A stretch of 38,438 nt of DNA, from IMG/VR virus record IMGVR_UViG_3300049138_000079, positions 1-38,438 of that record; one strand, 5' to 3'. This document shows positions 33,331-38,438 of this stretch, one piece after another. The stretch is from a virus (Duplodnaviria; Caudoviricetes). The notes below the pieces were generated by a model, which made no database searches, was not told the origin of the DNA, and saw only the letters and a list, made by a program, of their open reading frames with translations. Every line of letters begins with the position of its first letter. Positions within the stretch are counted from its first letter, which is position 1. The position numbers and the translations under genes were made by a program.

Positions 33331-33554
33331 CAGCCACCGTCCCGGTCCGGGCAGTACGGGTCACCGCACGGCAGTGCCTCGGCGTCGGCGATCGCGCACA
33401 GCGGGCACTCGACGTCGGCACTGTCGTCTTGCCACTCACCGCCGGACAGGTCGGCACCGCACATGCCAACGTCCGGATCGCAGCATGTGACGTGCGTGTA
33501 GTCGTCGTCCGCCGTCGAGCTTGGGATGGTTTCCGGATGCGCTCGGGTGATCAC
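33327..33554 (-). CDS. Acidic Cys-rich hypothetical protein
   Basis: H..CC....MCG...CPLC...C....C; coupled. Confidence 0.65.
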   Translation of the reverse strand: MITRAHPETIPSSTADDDYTHVTCCDPDVGMCGADLSGGEWQDDSADVECPLCAIADAEALPCGDPYCPDRDGGW

Positions 33555-33877
33555 TGAGCACGCTCCCGGGCCCGCTCCGCAGCGACGATCCCGAGGAACG
33601 CCGAGTCAACCGCCGTGTCTTCCAACTCGCCGATCTCGTAGTCGTGGCACGACGGGCAGCCGCAGTACTCGATGTCGTAGTTGTGCTCCGGCCACGTGAG
33701 CCCGGCCCGGCAGAGCCGGCCGGTGGGGTTCCAGACCTGCCACTCCAGCCGGTCGGCGAGTTCCTGCGGCAGGGTCCGCACCGGCCGGTCTCGGAGTGTG
33801 TCGGCGAGCACCTTCACCCCGACAGCGGCGAGGACGGCGAGCATGGCGGCGACGAAGACGACCGGACCGACACCCAT
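33551..33877 (-). CDS. Membrane-anchored hypothetical protein
   Basis: N-terminal TM segment; CGCPSC. Confidence 0.55.
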   Translation of the reverse strand: MGVGPVVFVAAMLAVLAAVGVKVLADTLRDRPVRTLPQELADRLEWQVWNPTGRLCRAGLTWPEHNYDIEYCGCPSCHDYEIGELEDTAVDSAFLGIVAAERARERAQ

Positions 33878-34101
33878 CACGCACCCCCGGTGCGGGTGGC
33901 GGTCCACTGCTCGAACGGGCCGCACGGCTGGAAGTCACCGTCGGGAACCTCGGCGTCGTACCACGCTCCGGTGTCCCACTCCTGCTCGGCAACCGTCTTC
34001 GTGCCGGTGACGACATAGCGGCGATGTCGGTACGGCTTCCGCTTCGCGTGCGACCACTTCCCGCAGGTCGCGCAGCGCCACATGGTGACCGTGTCCATCA
34101 C
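33877..34101 (-). CDS. Hypothetical protein (WRCATCGKWSHA...CGPF)
   Basis: Coupled at both ends. Confidence 0.6.
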   Translation of the reverse strand: MMDTVTMWRCATCGKWSHAKRKPYRHRRYVVTGTKTVAEQEWDTGAWYDAEVPDGDFQPCGPFEQWTATRTGGA

Positions 34102-34568
34102 GCACCCCCAGCCGGGCGGATGACGGTGGTTGGCATCAGCCCGTGGACCGTTTCGAGAGTGGCCGGCCGGACCTGCGGGTTGTCGCGTTGCGCCAGTTCC
34201 GCGCGGAGCCGCTCCACCTCGGCGAGCAACGTCCCGACGTACTCCGGCGCCCGCTTGAGGTACTCGGCGTGCGGGTTGTCGATGTCGGCGATGTCATCCC
34301 GGTAGTCCGCCACCCGGCGGATCAGGCCTTCGGACGCCTTGACCAGGACACCGAACCCCTCCTCCGGCCAGACCTGGAACATCGGCTCGGCTTGCTGCAT
34401 CCCGCGCCGGGCGAAGCCCATGATGTAGATCCGGCCATGCCCGTCGGTGGCGAGGTAGACCGAGCCGCCTTGGCTGTTGTCCTGCCCGTGCCATCGCCAC
34501 GGCGCGGGAGTCTTCTCGGTGACGTAGTTGTGGTGCTCGCGGATCTGCTCGATGGTCGGCTCGTTCAT
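34098..34568 (-). CDS. Ead/Ea22-like hypothetical protein
   Basis: TPAPWRW...AEYL.RAP..V..LLAEVERLR. Confidence 0.7.
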   Translation of the reverse strand: MNEPTIEQIREHHNYVTEKTPAPWRWHGQDNSQGGSVYLATDGHGRIYIMGFARRGMQQAEPMFQVWPEEGFGVLVKASEGLIRRVADYRDDIADIDNPHAEYLKRAPEYVGTLLAEVERLRAELAQRDNPQVRPATLETVHGLMPTTVIRPAGGA

Positions 34569-34801
34569 CGGGTGGCCTCTCGGGGAACGGTGAACAGCGG
34601 CGACGCGTACCCGGTCGGCCGGGGACGGCGGGCGTACTCGGCTTGCAACCGGCGCACGATCCGCGTCGCCCGGACGCCCTCCCGATGCCGGGGCGGATGA
34701 ACCGAACCGGGCTGGAAGAAGATCCCGATCGCGAGGAGGACGACGGCGGGGGCGATCGTGGAACCCCAGATAGGGGCGGTCTCGACCAGACGGGCGATCA
34801 C
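34565..34801 (-). CDS. Small membrane protein
   Basis: GGAGG RBS, one TM segment, coupled. Confidence 0.55.
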   Translation of the reverse strand: MIARLVETAPIWGSTIAPAVVLLAIGIFFQPGSVHPPRHREGVRATRIVRRLQAEYARRPRPTGYASPLFTVPREATR

Positions 34802-35121
34802 CGGTTCACCTCCTCGGGCTCAACCAGGAACGACCACGCTTCCGGGTAGCCGTCGAAGAACCAGATGAACTCGTCCACTGCCGTCGGCAGCTCGATGCGA
34901 GTGCCGTCGAGCAGGTACACCGCGTGGTCCCGTACGGCTGCGATCGGGATGCCGGCGTCCTTCAGGTAGTTGAAGATCGGGCAGCCGCACACTTCGCCGC
35001 GCTGGCCGGTGACGCCGAGCCTCCGCAGCGACTCGGCCACCTGCTCTTCCGTGTCGCCGAGCACTTCCAGCAGGTAGACGACCCGGGCTCGGGGGTCCAT
35101 CACGTCAGTAGTCAGGCTCAC
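34798..35121 (-). CDS. Hypothetical protein
   Basis: GGAGG RBS; LG...VA..L...GV.G....CPI..YL...LP..V..FI..FD..P. Confidence 0.7.
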   Translation of the reverse strand: MSLTTDVMDPRARVVYLLEVLGDTEEQVAESLRRLGVTGQRGEVCGCPIFNYLKDAGIPIAAVRDHAVYLLDGTRIELPTAVDEFIWFFDGYPEAWSFLVEPEEVNR

Positions 35122-35582
35122 GACGACACCTCCGGGTGAAGTGCCCGCTCCACCGCCGCCGGTGTCGGCATGTAGTCGCCGGTGAACAGAGCCCTGACGC
35201 CCTCACGGACCGCCGCGAGTTCGGACCGCAGGTTCACCACGTCCTCGGGGTCCTGAGTCAGCAGCGGCTCCCACAGGGTCCGCAGCGCACCGAGGATGCG
35301 CGGGCCGCGAAGCCACTCCAACACCTCGGCTTCCTGATCACGGCTGATCGGGCACGACACCGACCAGAAGCCGGACTTGCGCGGCATTGCGAGGAACACG
35401 TACAGGCGGTCGCGCTTGTCGTCGTCGTGCTCGTCGGCGACCTGCCAGTCCCACCGGTAGACGTGGTTCATGTCCTCGTCGGAGGGGTCAACGGACGCGC
35501 GCAACTCGGCGAAGGTGTCGACCTGCTCGGCGTGTCCCTCGGCGCCGTAGTACGGGTGGTGGATCTCCCACAGGTGGGTCAT
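35118..35582 (-). CDS. Hypothetical phage protein (HLWE..HPYY...D.DMN.VYRWDW)
   Basis: GGAG RBS, ATGA coupling. Confidence 0.7.
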   Translation of the reverse strand: MTHLWEIHHPYYGAEGHAEQVDTFAELRASVDPSDEDMNHVYRWDWQVADEHDDDKRDRLYVFLAMPRKSGFWSVSCPISRDQEAEVLEWLRGPRILGALRTLWEPLLTQDPEDVVNLRSELAAVREGVRALFTGDYMPTPAAVERALHPEVSS

Positions 35583-35743
35583 GACGTTGCTCCGATCTGC
35601 GGCAGGTAGACGGTGGGGGTGTACAGAGCGGCAGTCGGCCAAGCCACGTACTGCCACGGGTCTTGGGGTGGGGAGACTCGACGCCAGATCTCGGCCAGCA
35701 CGACGTGCGCGGGACGGTGGCGGAGCATGTCGGCGAGACTCAT
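35579..35743 (-). CDS. Small hypothetical protein
   Basis: ATGA coupling at both ends. Confidence 0.5.
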   Translation of the reverse strand: MSLADMLRHRPAHVVLAEIWRRVSPPQDPWQYVAWPTAALYTPTVYLPQIGATS

Positions 35744-35916
35744 CGGGCAACTCCGGCCCGGTGCATCTGCTCGAACCGGTGGAGCCAGTCGGAGACCATC
35801 TCGTCGCAGTCGCACTCGCCGACGACGGCGCTGCACGGGCAGTAGGTGACGGCGACGGTGTAGCCGGACGCGTCGGCGGCGAGGATCACGGCCGGGGCGG
35901 GCGTGTCGGCGTTCAC
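35740..35916 (-). CDS. Small Cys/His hypothetical protein
   Basis: GTGA/ATGA coupling. Confidence 0.45.
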   Translation of the reverse strand: MNADTPAPAVILAADASGYTVAVTYCPCSAVVGECDCDEMVSDWLHRFEQMHRAGVAR

Positions 35917-36035
35917 GCGATCACCAACACGACACCGGGCAGCACCAGCAGCACCGCCATGAGTGCGACGATCGCCGGAGCGCAGCCCCATCCGTCGGGG
36001 TTGTACAGCCGGTCGTGTTCGCCGTCGCCGTTCAC
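35913..36035 (-). CDS. 40-aa single-TM peptide
   Basis: GTGA coupling at both ends; AIVALMAVLLVLPGVVLVIA. Confidence 0.45.
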   Translation of the reverse strand: MNGDGEHDRLYNPDGWGCAPAIVALMAVLLVLPGVVLVIA

Positions 36036-36295
36036 AGGGCCGGCCCGTCGATCACACGCGGCGGGGCGATGATGTGCGTCTCCCGGTCGATCAGCACCAG
36101 CCGCATCGCTCCGTACGGCTCCACGGGGGACCGGTTGCCGTGCTGCGCCGCCCGGGCGGCGAGGAAGCGGCGCCAGCCGACGAACGACTCGAACGCCCGG
36201 CCGGCGTCTTCGAGGTTCGCGGAGGCGAGTACGGCGCCATTCGCCGCACGCTCTTCGATCCGCCAGCGGGCATCGGATAGGTTGTCGGTGACCAT
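36032..36295 (-). CDS. Hypothetical protein
   Basis: GGAG RBS after a structured intergenic region. Confidence 0.55.
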   Translation of the reverse strand: MVTDNLSDARWRIEERAANGAVLASANLEDAGRAFESFVGWRRFLAARAAQHGNRSPVEPYGAMRLVLIDRETHIIAPPRVIDGPAL

Positions 36296-36319
36296 GAGGA
36301 CTCCGTTTCCTTTGGTCGG

Positions 36320-36442
36320 CCGGCCCGGGTCTTGCCACCCGGGCCGGATCTCGTCTTGGGGGTGGGGGTCCCGCTCTGTCCCCACAGCCACAGCCGGACC
36401 CCGGGGAGTGGTTCCGGCAGACCCCCTCGCCCCGCCGGAACC
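36320..36442 (-). other. Three tandem stem-loops in an intergenic region
   Basis: Stems at 36410-36442, 36365-36402 and 36320-36347. Confidence 0.55.
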
Positions 36443-36448
36443 GCAGGA

Positions 36449-36988
36449 CTACGCGGCCTTGGGCTTGGCCAGGAACTCGTCGAGATCGAGCCCGGCCGCC
36501 TTCGCGGCGTCGGCCGGGGACTTCGCGTCCGGCGCCAGCACCCGCAGGGCCAACAGCCGGTCGTAGTGCGCGACCTTGTCCGTGTAGGTCTGCGCCGCCT
36601 TCAGTGCTTCGAGCCGCTTCTCCGCGATCTCGTCCCAGCTCCACAGCTCGATCAGTTCGCGCTGGTACTCGACCGCACCGTCGGTGCTCGCGACCTTCCG
36701 GGCCTGCTTCGCCGGCAGGTTCAGCACCCGGCCCTCGTGTGACACCATCGCCCGGTTGCGGTCCTCGTAGCGGGAGATTTCCTTGCCCAACCCGGAGCGG
36801 CGACAGGCGCGCTCGACCTCGGTGGCCCATGGCCGGTGAGCCTGGATCGCGTCGAGCAGCCGGTGCTCGAACAGGTCGAGCCGGTCGGCCGTCACGTTCG
36901 TGGCGCCGACGATCTCGCCCAACAGGTCCTCGTACTCGTCGCGCTCATCCGGGGTCCAGCCGGCGCGGTCGATGGCGTGCTTGCTCAC
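36449..36988 (-). CDS. Hypothetical protein
   Basis: GGAGGG RBS, GTGA coupling; helical; 179 aa. Confidence 0.7.
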   Translation of the reverse strand: MSKHAIDRAGWTPDERDEYEDLLGEIVGATNVTADRLDLFEHRLLDAIQAHRPWATEVERACRRSGLGKEISRYEDRNRAMVSHEGRVLNLPAKQARKVASTDGAVEYQRELIELWSWDEIAEKRLEALKAAQTYTDKVAHYDRLLALRVLAPDAKSPADAAKAAGLDLDEFLAKPKAA

Positions 36989-37878
36989 TGGGCCCTCCGA
37001 ATGGGCGTGACGTTGTCGGGCAGGGTGGAGATTCGGGCCTCGATGACCCGCGTGCGGTAGTCGTCGAACTGCTCGAACACCCGCACGAGTTCGTCGATGC
37101 AGACCTCGTCGGCGCGCTCCGCGACGTCGTCCGGCTTGAAGCGCATGACGGCGTGCACGCCAGAAATCGCGTCGAGGAACCGCCGCCGCCACTCCCGGTG
37201 CGGGTTGTCGTCCGGCACGAGCCGGTCGAGCACGGCGGCGAACTCGTCGGGGTCGTGGGGGGTTACCCCGGACTCGGACGTCTTCTGGCCGCCCGAGTCC
37301 GGGGCTGCGTCGGCTCCGGGAGTCCAAGCCGGCTCCGTGTCCGACGCATCCGACGGGGCAAGATCAACCCCGTCGGCCGTCTCGCCTGCCCCGACCGGCG
37401 GCCGAACACCGGTCGGGGCTTCGCTCACCGTGGCAGCGGCGTCGAGCCGGGCGCCGGCCTCACCCGTCGCGGACGGGCGGTCTGGGTTGGCAGCCGCACG
37501 GATCGCAGCAGCGGTCGGCTTGCCGTCGGTGGCTTCGTTCGCCGCACGCCAAACGTCGGCGCGCTCCGACTCCGGAACCCGGGCCAGCTCACGGGCCTGC
37601 CGCTCGTTCGCCGGAGCCGGCAGCCCTTCAGCCGTTACCGTGGTAACGGTCTGGGCGGCAATGATCAGTTGCCGGGCCCTGCTGTCGACGATCCCCCACC
37701 GCTCGGCGCAGTACGCCTCGAAGGTCCGGTAGCGCGTGCGCCACAACCGGTTGTCCCGGATCAGCGCTAGCGCGGTACCAACCTCTACGAAGGTCTGGAG
37801 ACCGTGCGAGATCGTCTGTTCGCAGTCGGCAAGGACATCTAGTTCCGCAACGGTCAGCCGAGCATCGAGGTCGGTCAC
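36985..37878 (-). CDS. DUF3102-like/HTH phage protein
   Basis: FVEVG.AL..IRD.RL...Y.TFE.YC.ERW...RA.QLI, NERQARELA and GKPTAAAI motifs. Confidence 0.75.
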   Translation of the reverse strand: MTDLDARLTVAELDVLADCEQTISHGLQTFVEVGTALALIRDNRLWRTRYRTFEAYCAERWGIVDSRARQLIIAAQTVTTVTAEGLPAPANERQARELARVPESERADVWRAANEATDGKPTAAAIRAAANPDRPSATGEAGARLDAAATVSEAPTGVRPPVGAGETADGVDLAPSDASDTEPAWTPGADAAPDSGGQKTSESGVTPHDPDEFAAVLDRLVPDDNPHREWRRRFLDAISGVHAVMRFKPDDVAERADEVCIDELVRVFEQFDDYRTRVIEARISTLPDNVTPIRRAQ

Positions 37879-38189
37879 GGGGTCACCTCGTCGAGTCCGT
37901 GACACCGCGCCACGCCAGCGGGCGGGGAAGCGACGTAGCAGAACCCGGGCGCCGACTTGTCCGGCCGGCCGTCGTACCGGTGGTCGGCGTACACCTCACC
38001 GACACCGGCCAGCACGAGTGCGCCGCCGGACAGGATCAGCAGCGCGATCGACTGGAGCAGCACCGCCCGCAGCCGACGTCGGTCGGCCCTCCGCCGCAGG
38101 AACCGCACCCGGTACGGGGAACGCGCCTTCGGCGGTTCGTGGCACTCCCGGTCGGGCCACCAGCCGGCGGGGTCGACGTCGGGAGTCAT
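37875..38189 (-). CDS. Membrane-anchored hypothetical protein
   Basis: GAGG RBS; Arg-rich stretch followed by a TM segment. Confidence 0.55.
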   Translation of the reverse strand: MTPDVDPAGWWPDRECHEPPKARSPYRVRFLRRRADRRRLRAVLLQSIALLILSGGALVLAGVGEVYADHRYDGRPDKSAPGFCYVASPPAGVARCHGLDEVTP

Positions 38190-38404
38190 CACCCACCGAC
38201 CTCGCGCTGCACCAGTTCGAGCGCGGCCAGCGCGGCACGGACCTCCGCTCGGAACTCCGCATCGGACACGTCGTCGGCGATGCACTGCAACACCGAGACG
38301 ACGTGGAAGTACTCGATGCCCTTGTTGGGGTGCTTGGCCGCGAGCCGGCGCATCGCGTTGGCGATCTCGTCGCGGCGCTGGGCGGCGGTCTGCTCGGGGT
38401 TCAT
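38189..38404 (-). CDS. Small hypothetical protein
   Basis: GGAGG RBS; TGATG coupling. Confidence 0.65.
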   Translation of the reverse strand: MNPEQTAAQRRDEIANAMRRLAAKHPNKGIEYFHVVSVLQCIADDVSDAEFRAEVRAALAALELVQREVGG

Positions 38405-38438
38405 GTCGCTACCTCCGTCGTCAGGGCTGGTCCGGTGG

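Larger units (their letters stand above)
1..38438 (-). mobile_element. Temperate actinobacterial siphovirus/prophage (partial; integrase, immunity region and att sites not in window)
   Basis: Contiguous terminase-portal-protease-capsid-neck-tail-lysis module lies downstream of an early/replication operon. HNH and terS are adjacent internally, i.e. prophage-like or circularly permuted order. Confidence 0.95.

Noticed and set aside
31345-33557. Long plus-strand ORFs (476 and 596 aa)
   Set aside because: They overlap the HNH and Rad52-like genes on the opposite strand and lack protein-like composition.

Overview
This window is most of a GC-rich temperate actinobacterial siphovirus. A Micromonospora/Streptomyces-type host is inferred from composition and gene families. 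The gene order is prophage-like, with the likely cos region internal. Read on the minus strand from right to left it carries: (1) a long, translationally coupled early/replication operon (Rad52-like annealase, HNH, SLOG protein, VUT/YhhQ queuosine-precursor transporter, a miniature TGT/DpdA-like barrel, DUF4326, WhiB-like, replication initiator, DUF5131 and many small Cys-rich proteins); (2) a putative late-control region; (3) packaging HNH, terS, terL, a portal-MuF fusion, prohead protease, HK97 capsid and neck genes; (4) tail tube, frameshifted tail chaperones, a short tape measure and one large tail-tip protein; (5) an amidase endolysin with several holin-like genes. The first ~2.7 kb is an accessory zone, mostly on the plus strand. 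It holds two promoter cassettes with identical architecture (TRTACA-N7-TGTAYA palindrome inside a 17-bp-spaced promoter, leaderless start, own HTH gene), one of which carries a GNAT. The best candidates for novelty are the SLOG + VUT + mini-TGT cassette (a possible scavenging-type 7-deazaguanine modification system) and the twin HTH-operator cassettes. No integrase, immunity repressor, tRNA or CRISPR was seen. All family calls come from reading motifs by eye; no database searches were run.
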